Below, piece by piece: positions 54,078 to 63,286 of a stretch of 64,000 nt of DNA. This stretch comes from a virus. The notes beneath the pieces are model-generated. The model ran no database searches and was not told the origin of the DNA. It saw only the letters and a list, made by a program, of their open reading frames with translations. The DNA lies in the IMG/VR virus record IMGVR_UViG_3300045740_000163, positions 1-64,000 of that record; one strand, given 5' to 3'. Made by a program: the position numbers and the translations under genes. Every line of letters starts with the position of its first letter. The stretch's first letter is position 1.

Positions 54078-54612
54078 GTCAAACTTCTACCGTGTGCCTC
54101 GCTACATATTCGATCCTATCCGTGAATCGGGTTTGGTTGATGGAGTAATTCTCTTACCGTACGACCCCGAAGGGGCTCTTGAGAAACAAGTACGTAAAGC
54201 AAAAGTAGATGATGTAATAACAAACAACTGTGAAGAGAACCTAGTAGATCTTGACTGGTGGGCAAAACAAAAAGGTCAGATCGATTGGGTAGTGGCCATA
54301 ACGCAAGGTATGAAAGACTACACTAAATGGATTACTGAGTGCGGGCTACAAGCAGCAAAAAAGGGTGTTTGTATTCTTGACCGCTTGACCTTTCTTGAGC
54401 CCACACGGGCACGAGAAGAATTTTTGCAAAACTCATCGCTAACAAACCTTAAGATCCTGTCCCCTAGGCCATCATTTCGTGCGGATGGTACAAATTCAAA
54501 AGATCCTGTAACTTCTGCGTGGTTCTTGTTTCAAAAACCAGGCGCGGCGCAAGTTAACACCTGCATTGACTTCGAGGTATCGTGGCATCGCCCACAAAAC
54601 CTAAAACTGTGA
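54076..54612 (+). CDS. degenerate DNA methyltransferase-like protein
   Basis: FY..P, RLTFLEP..R..F, RPSF and AWFLF scaffold of small phage amino-MTases, but no NPPF/Y motif. Confidence 0.55.
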   Translation: MSNFYRVPRYIFDPIRESGLVDGVILLPYDPEGALEKQVRKAKVDDVITNNCEENLVDLDWWAKQKGQIDWVVAITQGMKDYTKWITECGLQAAKKGVCILDRLTFLEPTRAREEFLQNSSLTNLKILSPRPSFRADGTNSKDPVTSAWFLFQKPGAAQVNTCIDFEVSWHRPQNLKL

Positions 54613-54932
54613 GTAAGCGTCTCTTCAAGCAACTAGATCAACTTATTGAACTTCAGATCGAACAAAACCGTCAGCTCGATAAAATCACTGCATTACTCGT
54701 AGGGCAGCAGCTGCTGACTGAGTGTGTCGATTATCAAGGGAACGCTCGCTCACCTGAGGATTGCGCAGAAATAACAATTGAGAGTTTCTCGGCTGCTCTC
54801 TGTCTAATGTCTGAGCTGGACCAGCGGAATCGGGATTACCAGTATCAAAAGTCTGAGTTCTTCCTGTATGAAGAAAACGACGAAGATGACGAAGATGAAG
54901 ATGATGGTCCTGTAGTATCTAGTTCGTTCTAA
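54609..54932 (+). CDS. hypothetical protein with acidic tail
   Basis: GTGA-coupled start; N-terminal coiled coil. Confidence 0.55.
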   Translation: MSKRLFKQLDQLIELQIEQNRQLDKITALLVGQQLLTECVDYQGNARSPEDCAEITIESFSAALCLMSELDQRNRDYQYQKSEFFLYEENDEDDEDEDDGPVVSSSF

Positions 54933-54958
54933 AATATTTAGGAATTGACACTAATTCT

Positions 54959-55738
54959 GTGTCCGATACACGAGTAACTATTAACGGTTTAAGGCATTAT
55001 CTCTGTGCTGGTGTTCCTAAACCTCTACCGTCTGTAACGTCCGTACTCAGTGCGACGCAATCGGAGACAACACGTAAAAAACTTGCGCATTGGAATCTAA
55101 TGAATCCAGGCGCAGCAGATGCTGCCGCCACTAGAGGAACTTGGATTCACAACAGTGTAGAAGATTACCTACGTGGCTTAAGAGTCATCCCATCAGAACA
55201 GTACAAACCGTATTGGGATGGTGTGCCCGAACTTCTAGACGAGCTTCTCGAAGGAGGCCGCGTACTTTGGAGTGAGAAGCCGTTCAATCAACCACGGTGG
55301 TCAAAGTACGTCGGCGACGATGGTGTGGGAAGGATACATTACTACAACGAACACACAGGTCACGGGTACGCAGGATGCTGTGACTTGATTTATATGAACT
55401 CAAATGCCGATATCGTTTTGGCTGACTTTAAAACCAGCAATGGACCTTACTCGGCTAGGTTCCCTAACAAAAACCAGAACATCGATGAAAGAACTAAAAA
55501 AGCTCTAATCTCTGGCGTGTTCAAAACTAAGAAGACTAGACTACAGCTCGCTGCCTATAAACTTGCAGCTGAAGCTTGTCTAGGAATTAAAATTGCTAAA
55601 ACACAAATTATAGTTACGACAGCCATACCTGAGTTCAATACTCAGATATTTACATTCGGCTCTGAAGAGGTTGAAAAAGACTGTGAAAGTTGGCTCGAAG
55701 TTCTAAAAAGTTACTACGAACTCCATCCTCAGGCGTAG
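54959..55738 (+). CDS. PD-(D/E)XK exonuclease
   Basis: PSVTSVL, RGT.IH, YAG..D...DFKTS, QLAAY. Confidence 0.9.
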   Translation: MSDTRVTINGLRHYLCAGVPKPLPSVTSVLSATQSETTRKKLAHWNLMNPGAADAAATRGTWIHNSVEDYLRGLRVIPSEQYKPYWDGVPELLDELLEGGRVLWSEKPFNQPRWSKYVGDDGVGRIHYYNEHTGHGYAGCCDLIYMNSNADIVLADFKTSNGPYSARFPNKNQNIDERTKKALISGVFKTKKTRLQLAAYKLAAEACLGIKIAKTQIIVTTAIPEFNTQIFTFGSEEVEKDCESWLEVLKSYYELHPQA

Positions 55739-55840
55739 AATCAAACCCACCAGACGGCTGTTCCTGAGAGGGTTCTTCAACTTTTCTTAGGGTTCACTCG
55801 CCCATTTTCGGGGCATACTAGAGGCGCTCAGCGACATCCC

Positions 55841-58612
55841 ATGAAGTTCATTTGCTCTGTAAACCTTGGGGTCGCGTCTCATCTCGACCCGATCCAGGGC
55901 AAAATCGCGAGCGGCGGTAACTTTGCTGCCTTTAACTCGGGCTGGGATGCTGTCGAATACGAAACAACAGAGCTAGCTGATGTTTTAGGAAAACAAGCTG
56001 GCTTATGTGCGTGGCACCTTCAGGATGGAAAAAGACAAAAGAACACAACAGGAGTAATTAAAGCTGGCCTAATTATTGTCGATATTGATAACCAAGCGGA
56101 TCACAAAGACGAACAGGGAAACAAAGTACAAAAGCAAGAACTAACAGTAGAGCAGGCGCTTGATTTAGATATATGTAAAAAGTATTTAACGCTTGGCTAT
56201 TACTCTCCATCTACCACGGAAAAGTGGCCTCGCTTTCGATTGGTATTTGGTTTAGAAACAACGGTCATCAATCCAAGTTTCTACCAATGGTTCTGTAAAC
56301 AGATCTACGCACAGATACCAGGATCTGACGTCCGTGCGACAACAATCCCAAATCTCTTCTACGGACCGAGGGGACCGGAAGAAATCTTTGCGCAACCAGG
56401 GCGCTTTATCCCTACCGAGAAAATTAACGAAGCCATTCGGGCTTTTGCCTCCCTACCTGTCGATGAGACGGACGCTGGGGGAGACCCTTCGGAGTTTTTA
56501 AACCAGGTAACCATTCGTCAAAACGGAATGGACTTGGTTCGACTGGTATCGAACACCGTCCGTTCGGTGCTCAATGGCGACGAAGTCGGAGACCGCAGCT
56601 CCACAATGGCTGCAGTATTTAAAGAACTGCTGGGCTGGTCCAATTGGTGTCACAAGCATGGAGTGGCTCTAAACACGTCACCATTGACTGTGGCACGTGA
56701 TGCGTTCTATAATATCTATGGTTACCCGCACGACATCGATGGAAAGTTTGACCGGATCCTGAATTCCATCAGGAATCCCGAGGAGCTGCAGCCTGCAGTG
56801 TCATTAGCTTCAGAGCTGGGAGAGCTCGGTACCTGGAAAAAGATCCGACGAATCAGCCGCTCTGTCTTTGACACCCACGCCTCGGCAGAGGTAAAGGAAG
56901 CTCTCGAACAAGCCAAGCGAGATGCAGCTGTAAACGCTGTGCTCGACATGTCTGAATTTGATCTCAGCTCTCCGGAGCCTGAAGTATCTACATCAAAACC
57001 CAAATTAAAAGCAAAAACTAAAGAGATGGACGTTCCTTCCACACCGACTCAGCTTGTAAATCTTCAAGGCAGTGCAAAAAGCCGAGAGTTTTCGGAGAAC
57101 GATGTTGCTGACATTATTGTCACTAACCAGGGTGACCAGTTTATTTACGATAGTTACTTAGATCAATTTTATCATTATGATGAAGACCAAGATATTTGGT
57201 ATCACCAAGATGAACAACATATCAAGCGACGCATAGTCAAAGCTCTCGACTCATTTGTGACTGCTGGTGTGCTAGCTAAGTACAACGCAGCCATGATTAA
57301 TAGTGTCTTTTCGATCCTCAAAGCCAAATTGCTGAAATCGGCAGACGGTGGTCGCCGCAGCATATGGACAAAGTCTCGTGGTTGTATTCCTTTTAAGAAC
57401 GGTGTTCTCGATACAACGACTCTTGAGTTTGAACCAGGTCAACATAAAGAACTTTATCTACGTCACAAACTTCCATACGATTACGACGCTAAAGCTCAGT
57501 GCCCTGAGTTCATGCGGTGGATTACTTCTGCACTAGATAAAGGACAGGAGATACTGATTCAAGCTTTCGCTAGGGCTCTACTTACTGGTTACACCGCAGG
57601 TGAGAGGTTCTTGCACCTTGTAGGTCCGGGTGGTACGGGCAAATCGACGATGCAGCAACTGATGGTAGCTCTCGCCGGTTTCCACGGAACCCACACGTCG
57701 AGCTTGGAAGTCATAGAGACAAACAAATTTGAGAGCTACAACCTGATTGGCAAGAAACTTCTTCTGCTGACAGATGAATCGAACTACAACCGTCGTATGG
57801 ACGTGTTGAAAAAACTGACGTCTGCATCAGATACTCTGCGTGCTGAACGTAAGTATGGCAAGGAAATTATTAGTTTCAAACCAGAATGTTTAGTGTGTAT
57901 CGCAAGTAACGAGCATATTACTTCAAATGACTCCAGCAGCGGTCTAGAGCGTCGTCGTCTGACGATTGTGATGGACAAAGTCGTTGAACCGAGCCTGCGC
58001 AAAGAACTGATCAGTGTTTTCGATGATCACATCGAAGGAGCTTTTGTGCCTGAGATGAGCGGCATCGTGACCTGGGCGCTCAGTATGGACTATGCAACGA
58101 TGAAAGATGTACTTGCCAATCCAACTAAGCACGTTCCTTCCCTAAACCGCACAAACATCGAAGCTCTTTTGTTCAATAATCAGTTTGTGGCGTGGCTCCA
58201 CGACTGCTGCTTGTATGCACCTAACAGTGTCACGCCGGTAGGCCAAGGAGCACGAAAACCAAACACAGACGAAGCCGAAAAAGGAATGTATGTAGCTAAT
58301 GCTTACGGTGCTTTGTATCCTAGTTATGCAAACTTCTGTAAATCGTGTGGGTACAAACCTGCTGCGAAACATCGTTTCGTAGAACGTACCAAAGAAGCTA
58401 TGGTAAACATCTTGAAATTACCGAATGTAAAAATAGTGTTGAATGATGGTATTGCCGGCATCAAAGGGCTGCGGATCAAAGCATATGACTTACAATCCGA
58501 CCGTGCAGCAAAAGGTCCTGATCGCCTGCCTAGTCCGGTGGAATTCGCTCAGGACATGAACAGCAACCGTTGGGATTCAGCTTTCCAAAAACATGATCCG
58601 GTTAAACCCTAA
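55841..58612 (+). CDS. primase / D5-like SF3 helicase
   Basis: N-terminal VDID..YYSPS..PRFRLVF primase-like domain; D5_N IPFKNG; Walker A GPGGTGKST; SN..RR. Confidence 0.9.
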   Translation: MKFICSVNLGVASHLDPIQGKIASGGNFAAFNSGWDAVEYETTELADVLGKQAGLCAWHLQDGKRQKNTTGVIKAGLIIVDIDNQADHKDEQGNKVQKQELTVEQALDLDICKKYLTLGYYSPSTTEKWPRFRLVFGLETTVINPSFYQWFCKQIYAQIPGSDVRATTIPNLFYGPRGPEEIFAQPGRFIPTEKINEAIRAFASLPVDETDAGGDPSEFLNQVTIRQNGMDLVRLVSNTVRSVLNGDEVGDRSSTMAAVFKELLGWSNWCHKHGVALNTSPLTVARDAFYNIYGYPHDIDGKFDRILNSIRNPEELQPAVSLASELGELGTWKKIRRISRSVFDTHASAEVKEALEQAKRDAAVNAVLDMSEFDLSSPEPEVSTSKPKLKAKTKEMDVPSTPTQLVNLQGSAKSREFSENDVADIIVTNQGDQFIYDSYLDQFYHYDEDQDIWYHQDEQHIKRRIVKALDSFVTAGVLAKYNAAMINSVFSILKAKLLKSADGGRRSIWTKSRGCIPFKNGVLDTTTLEFEPGQHKELYLRHKLPYDYDAKAQCPEFMRWITSALDKGQEILIQAFARALLTGYTAGERFLHLVGPGGTGKSTMQQLMVALAGFHGTHTSSLEVIETNKFESYNLIGKKLLLLTDESNYNRRMDVLKKLTSASDTLRAERKYGKEIISFKPECLVCIASNEHITSNDSSSGLERRRLTIVMDKVVEPSLRKELISVFDDHIEGAFVPEMSGIVTWALSMDYATMKDVLANPTKHVPSLNRTNIEALLFNNQFVAWLHDCCLYAPNSVTPVGQGARKPNTDEAEKGMYVANAYGALYPSYANFCKSCGYKPAAKHRFVERTKEAMVNILKLPNVKIVLNDGIAGIKGLRIKAYDLQSDRAAKGPDRLPSPVEFAQDMNSNRWDSAFQKHDPVKP

Positions 58613-59168
58613 TTTGACCCTGGCAGTGGTTGCTTCCGCTGCCGTAGGCGTCGCCACAGCGATCACGGCTCCTCAGTTTGTAGGGGCATCTCTAGCCTTC
58701 GCTGGCGGTCTGATAGGTGGTGCTGGTATTGGACGTGAGCGTGCTTTGCGTCAAAAGCAAAACGAAGAGGCAGCTACCCGCGTAACCTCCTGCTTCGCTG
58801 CTCTCTACGAAGCAAATAGAGGGATCATCGATCCGATGCAGCTCGGAGTTCTTGCAAATATTCCGGGAGAACGAGCTCACGCTTTCCTGACCGGTTTAGC
58901 AGAGACAACAAACGGGCAGAAAATTACTGTTGCTCAGGGAGCAGGTGTCGTCTTTGCGTTTCCGCATTCGCAATCGGCCTTAGACGAATTAACTGTCAAT
59001 GCTCGCAATTGGGCTGAAGCGCAAACTCAGCAATTGAGCGCTGAGTTAGATCAACACAAACAAGCTCTTCAGTATCTTCAACTACAGCAAGCTGCTGCTG
59101 CAATGCCTAAAACACCTGCTCCTCGCATGGAGCCAAGTCCTTGGGAGAACGTCGCTCCGCCCGCTTAG
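58593..59168 (+). CDS. membrane protein
   Basis: two N-terminal TM segments. Confidence 0.6.
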   Translation: MIRLNPNLTLAVVASAAVGVATAITAPQFVGASLAFAGGLIGGAGIGRERALRQKQNEEAATRVTSCFAALYEANRGIIDPMQLGVLANIPGERAHAFLTGLAETTNGQKITVAQGAGVVFAFPHSQSALDELTVNARNWAEAQTQQLSAELDQHKQALQYLQLQQAAAAMPKTPAPRMEPSPWENVAPPA

Positions 59169-59187
59169 TCATTACCACTAATCACCC

Positions 59188-59550
59188 ATGACACAGCAAC
59201 ACCCCATCACCCCACCACCGGAGCTGGTGCAGCAGTGGGACTGCGAATGGAGGGAGCAGCAAAACGCCCCAGTTATCGGCTGGTCGGCCAATCTTCTTGC
59301 CTATGTCGCTGCTCGCGCCGCACAATGGGGCGCCGACCAGGAACTGGAGGCGTGTTGTGAGTGGCTTCACTGGCAAAACCTGGCCACACATCCCGAACTG
59401 ATCCCTTCGCTCCGCGCCGCCCGCCGCCCCAAGGCACCGAGCTTGAAGGAACAGGCGCTTGAGATGCTTGAGAACGCTTGGGAAGGTGGGCACGTCAACA
59501 ACAACGCCGCCCAAACCATCCGCCGCGCCCTGGAGGCTCTCAATGACTGA
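59188..59550 (+). CDS. small phage protein (HPITPPPELV type)
   Basis: ITPPPELVQQW...AAQWGADQELEACCEW...LRAARRPK..SLKEQAL. Confidence 0.7.
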   Translation: MTQQHPITPPPELVQQWDCEWREQQNAPVIGWSANLLAYVAARAAQWGADQELEACCEWLHWQNLATHPELIPSLRAARRPKAPSLKEQALEMLENAWEGGHVNNNAAQTIRRALEALND

Positions 59551-60028
59551 TTACAAAGCAACGTCCGATCAGTGGAATCAAGTTCAGCGATGTGCCGATG
59601 TAGTTGGCAGCTCTGATTGCTCTGCAATTCTTGAACTCCGCGCCAGGATCGAGATACTAGAGGCTGCAGCTAACAAGCACATCGTCGAAACCAATTCCAA
59701 CATCGTGGCCTTGGCGAGCCGCGTCGAAGCGCTGGAGGCTGTCAAGCGCCCAGCATCAAAGGTCTACGAGATCAGCGAGCCGCTGAAGTTGACGCCTGAG
59801 CAGGCGCAACAGGTCAGGGATCTGCTCGCACCCAACTCCAAGCCAATTCCTAATTCCTCCCAAATTAGGAGTTCGCTGGTGGAGCGGGTGCAGGGCGCGA
59901 TCCACGATGTGGAGTTCCCACACGGCGACGACGAAGCCCGCGCCGCGATCCGCGAGGTGGCGGCGTGGTTGGACGAAAACACCGGCGGTGACGCCGCCTG
60001 GATGCTGACGCAGGAGGCCAAGCGATGA
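59543..60028 (+). CDS. small phage protein
   Basis: ATGA-coupled; ILELRARIE.LE and ARAAIREVAAWL modules. Confidence 0.65.
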   Translation: MTDYKATSDQWNQVQRCADVVGSSDCSAILELRARIEILEAAANKHIVETNSNIVALASRVEALEAVKRPASKVYEISEPLKLTPEQAQQVRDLLAPNSKPIPNSSQIRSSLVERVQGAIHDVEFPHGDDEARAAIREVAAWLDENTGGDAAWMLTQEAKR

Positions 60029-60300
60029 CACGCCTACTTTCACCACCCGCCAAAATCATCCGCCAGTGGGAAGCCGAATGGGACACCAACGGTGCCGCCC
60101 ATTGCGACAGCGTTCTCTACATCGCCGCCAAAGCTGCAACCTGGGGCGCGAAGGCTGCCATTGAGTGCGCTCTCAGGGACACCGCTTCATGCCACTGGCG
60201 CGTTGCTGATGGCCCTGAAGATGGAGTGCAACTGGTGCGTGCCAGTGATCTGGTGGCTTGGGCTGCTGCCATCGGCAAGCGTTATGAGGTTGAAGAATGA
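60025..60300 (+). CDS. small phage protein (paralog of 59188..59550)
   Basis: SPP...IRQWE.EW...YIAAKAATWGA. Confidence 0.65.
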   Translation: MTRLLSPPAKIIRQWEAEWDTNGAAHCDSVLYIAAKAATWGAKAAIECALRDTASCHWRVADGPEDGVQLVRASDLVAWAAAIGKRYEVEE

Positions 60301-60530
60301 CTGACCTATCACCCGCCGCGCAGGCGGTGCTGGATGCCGTTGAAGACGACTGCATACACCCCACAGACTTGCACCATATTGCCGCCGCCGCCCTGCGAGC
60401 TGCTGCGGATCAGGTGGTGCCAGAAATGGTCAACGCTGTTGGCGACGAACACGACAACGCCCGCCGTGAGCAGTGGATTCGCATTCGGCGCAAATTCCTT
60501 GCCATCGCTGACGAACTAGAAAACCAATGA
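60297..60530 (+). CDS. small phage protein (LSPAAQAVLDA type)
   Basis: tandem paralog of 60527..60763. Confidence 0.7.
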   Translation: MTDLSPAAQAVLDAVEDDCIHPTDLHHIAAAALRAAADQVVPEMVNAVGDEHDNARREQWIRIRRKFLAIADELENQ

Positions 60531-60763
60531 CTGAACTCTCACCCGCTGCGCAGGCGGTACTGGATGCTGCCAACGGCGCTCAATGTTATGGTCCTGACGA
60601 CTGCCTCAATGAATCTCGCTGGATTGCTGCTGCCGCCCTGCGGGCCGCTGCAGATCAGGTGGTTCCAGCACTACGTCTTCCGTATGATTCTTGCTGTGAT
60701 GTAAGTGCATCAGCAATACGAGCCGAACTTCTGGCCATTGCTATTGAACTTGAAACCCAGTAG
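60527..60763 (+). CDS. small phage protein (LSPAAQAVLDA type)
   Basis: tandem paralog of 60297..60530. Confidence 0.7.
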   Translation: MTELSPAAQAVLDAANGAQCYGPDDCLNESRWIAAAALRAAADQVVPALRLPYDSCCDVSASAIRAELLAIAIELETQ

Positions 60764-60772
60764 TCACCTTCA

Positions 60773-61471
60773 CTACTGCGGCAGGTAGCGAATAAAATCC
60801 CAACCTTTAAGAGAAGGATCTTCCGATTCTTTAACAGCTTTAACAACAGTTGGAAGCTCGCGGGCGAGACGATACCCAATCGAACGCGCAATCTCACGAT
60901 GCTCTTTTTGTGTGTCGTCCTTGCCTCTTAACCCAACATAATGAATAAAACTACGAACTGTGCCGCTCATGTGCATACGAGTCGGTGTATATAACGGAAG
61001 AATATTCCTTGCGCATTCACGAGCCACGCCTGCCTGAAGCATCTCGTCGTAAAGACCTTGAATCTGACTGTCGACAATCTCCAGCCTTTCCCAGAAAGAT
61101 TCACACATGTAAGTCGGCAGACGGTCGACACTGCTCTGCCGATTCTTCTGAGCTTGAAAACGAAGCTCAAACTGATAAGGTTTTTCCTCTAGGTCGAGTG
61201 TTTCGCTAGGTGCGCAATACCTCTGCGACAGTTCCTGAAATACGAAACTCCGATGCCTAAGAATTTGAGGAGAAATAGCCCGTGTCGTTGATATCTCAAA
61301 GCTCGCAGAAGCCTGCTCGAAGACACTCCAGTGTGCGTGCTTAATACAATAAGTTAGAAGCTTCTCGTACTCGTCACGATCAGGATCTTTTGTGGAGACC
61401 CTGGCATGTCTAGCAATTACTTTTTCCGCATCTGGTGTAATCCAATCTAACTGAGCTGTATGCAGTTGCAT
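60773..61471 (-). CDS. thyX: flavin-dependent thymidylate synthase
   Basis: HWSVFE, QILRHRSFVFQELSQRY, ECARNILP, TQKEHR. Confidence 0.95.
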   Translation of the reverse strand: MQLHTAQLDWITPDAEKVIARHARVSTKDPDRDEYEKLLTYCIKHAHWSVFEQASASFEISTTRAISPQILRHRSFVFQELSQRYCAPSETLDLEEKPYQFELRFQAQKNRQSSVDRLPTYMCESFWERLEIVDSQIQGLYDEMLQAGVARECARNILPLYTPTRMHMSGTVRSFIHYVGLRGKDDTQKEHREIARSIGYRLARELPTVVKAVKESEDPSLKGWDFIRYLPQ

Positions 61472-61480
61472 AAAATTAAA

Positions 61481-62068
61481 TTAGGGTAAGCTAGAAGCGA
61501 AAGAGTTTAATTCAACAATATTAGGCTCATACGCTTCTTCTGGCCACAAATCAATAACGGCTTTGTTACGAGCAGCCGCAGCTTCTTGTATGGTTTCGTA
61601 ATATCCCAAATTTTTAGGCGTACCTTCAATCGTTATCTGCGCTATCCATTTTGACCGCTTACTATTCCAGTGAACTCCTTTCACGCCAGAAGTATTATTT
61701 TTACGCAGTCCTTGATTTTTCTGTGTAAGGCCCACGGTGTCTTTTCGTAAATTGGATACTGTATTGTTTAAACTATTCCTGTCTATGTGGTCGATCTGAT
61801 GAGGGTAAGGATCTTCCCCATAAGCTAAAAGATAAATAACTCTAGAAGCTAGAAATCTTTTTTTGTCGATTACGACACCCCAAACACACCTACCGTCAGA
61901 ACGTCTGGATATAGAGCCAGTCCACTCATCTTGCTTTGCATTGTTCGCTCGGGTGATTTTATTTTTTAACCCACTCTGCGTATTCAATTTATTAATATCC
62001 GGAGATTCTATATAAAATAACTTGTTTACATAATCAACATCAAAAGGAAGCGGTTTAATAACAGCCAT
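61481..62068 (-). CDS. HNH-AP2 homing endonuclease
   Basis: IDHIDRNSLNN..SNLR plus AP2 NNTSGVKGV.W...KW.AQI...LGYY. Confidence 0.88.
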   Translation of the reverse strand: MAVIKPLPFDVDYVNKLFYIESPDINKLNTQSGLKNKITRANNAKQDEWTGSISRRSDGRCVWGVVIDKKRFLASRVIYLLAYGEDPYPHQIDHIDRNSLNNTVSNLRKDTVGLTQKNQGLRKNNTSGVKGVHWNSKRSKWIAQITIEGTPKNLGYYETIQEAAAARNKAVIDLWPEEAYEPNIVELNSFASSLP

Positions 62069-62107
62069 GCTTGTTATCACACACCTAGCGACTATAACAG
62101 CTTTTCT

Positions 62108-62248
62108 CTAAGATTTTGGGAACGTCTGCTGATACCGCAATCTAGCAGTGATCTCACTCGGATTCGACACCATTCGAGCAAGGTCTGCAGGACCGAAGCC
62201 AAGCTTCATACCAGCCATGCGCATGTTATCGGTTTCGCGGTGCATCAT
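62108..62248 (-). CDS. small hypothetical protein (46 aa, not in ORF track)
   Basis: MMHRETDNMRMAGMKLGFGP...; coupled to the upstream stop. Confidence 0.5.
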   Translation of the reverse strand: MMHRETDNMRMAGMKLGFGPADLARMVSNPSEITARLRYQQTFPKS

Positions 62249-62760
62249 TTGAGAGGCTTTGCAGGAAGCTGAAGAGGCAACATGCCCGGAGTGTTGTAAT
62301 TTTGAATCATGGTCGCTGCAGACAGGTCTGGAGCGTTCAAGAAATTCTGATTAAGAGACGTTGTAAGAATTTTGAGCTGATTACGAAGCTCAGGATTCAG
62401 CGTATTTTGAGTTTTGACTAAGTACTCACCTTTGCTCATGTCCGCAGCGCGGTCAGGAATCACGAGCTGATCGCGGTGGTTGTAGCCAGCAGGCCCTGTC
62501 AACTGCTGGCTCGGAACGATATTCCCAGGCTGCATGTCGGTGGGTCCCACGGCCTCCCGAGTGTGCTCACCCCGATCAACTTGATATTGCGAGTAGATGC
62601 GATTGATATTATCGAGTTGAGTAGCTCGATTAAGTTCAATCATCTCAGGAGTGTTCTGGTACAACGCCGGAACACCAGTAGCCAAGCTACCAAGAGGCTT
62701 AACGCGCTCAGCTGAAGGGCCTAAGCCACCAGGGCGCTGCAGGAAGTTAGAGCCAGTCAT
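62245..62760 (-). CDS. hypothetical protein
   Basis: 171-aa ORF. Confidence 0.6.
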   Translation of the reverse strand: MTGSNFLQRPGGLGPSAERVKPLGSLATGVPALYQNTPEMIELNRATQLDNINRIYSQYQVDRGEHTREAVGPTDMQPGNIVPSQQLTGPAGYNHRDQLVIPDRAADMSKGEYLVKTQNTLNPELRNQLKILTTSLNQNFLNAPDLSAATMIQNYNTPGMLPLQLPAKPLK

Positions 62761-62774
62761 AGTTTTATCTTAGC

Positions 62775-63008
62775 TCAATCAGGGTTTCTGGTTCGATTTC
62801 GTGAGGCATCAATAGCCCTTAGATTTGAAGGACTGTTGTTATGAGGGTTGCCATCCTTATGGTCGACATCCTTACCATCACCCTTATGGACGCGACCTTC
62901 GCGCATCATATATCTCCTCGCTTTATTTCTAGCTGCACGACGTTTTTTCACCTTTTCGGTGCCGTCGTAATTCTCGTATTCTTTCTCGTAATCTCTCTTA
63001 TACGCCAT
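62775..63008 (-). CDS. small HNH-motif protein
   Basis: RDY.KEY...RNKARR...GDGKDVDHKDGNP.NN...NLR. Confidence 0.85.
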   Translation of the reverse strand: MAYKRDYEKEYENYDGTEKVKKRRAARNKARRYMMREGRVHKGDGKDVDHKDGNPHNNSPSNLRAIDASRNRTRNPD

Positions 63009-63023
63009 CAGCTCACTAAGTTT

Positions 63024-63257
63024 TTACAATTCTAATCCAGCTTTAAACAGATCCTCGACGGCATATCCACGGTGGGTCACCAAGTGACGTGCAAAATCAG
63101 CCAAGTCTGCTTGGAACCGCTGAAACAGTCCCGTGTAGCAGCCATTGCCAGGAGCATAAAACTCATACAAAGCATCTAAAAAGAAAGCTTTGCTCTGCTC
63201 ATCATCAACGCTCCAATTATCAAGGATCGTCTGATAGTCAAACTCGACAGACGCCAT
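63024..63257 (-). CDS. conserved phage hypothetical protein
   Basis: FLD.LY..Y....G.YTGL.Q.F pattern. Confidence 0.6.
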   Translation of the reverse strand: MASVEFDYQTILDNWSVDDEQSKAFFLDALYEFYAPGNGCYTGLFQRFQADLADFARHLVTHRGYAVEDLFKAGLEL

Positions 63258-63286
63258 AAGAGATTGGCAAGGGTTCGTACTCTAGC

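Noticed and set aside
54959-55738. Cas4/CRISPR association of the nuclease
   Set aside because: No Fe-S cysteine pattern and no cas context; an ordinary phage PD-(D/E)XK exonuclease beside the primase
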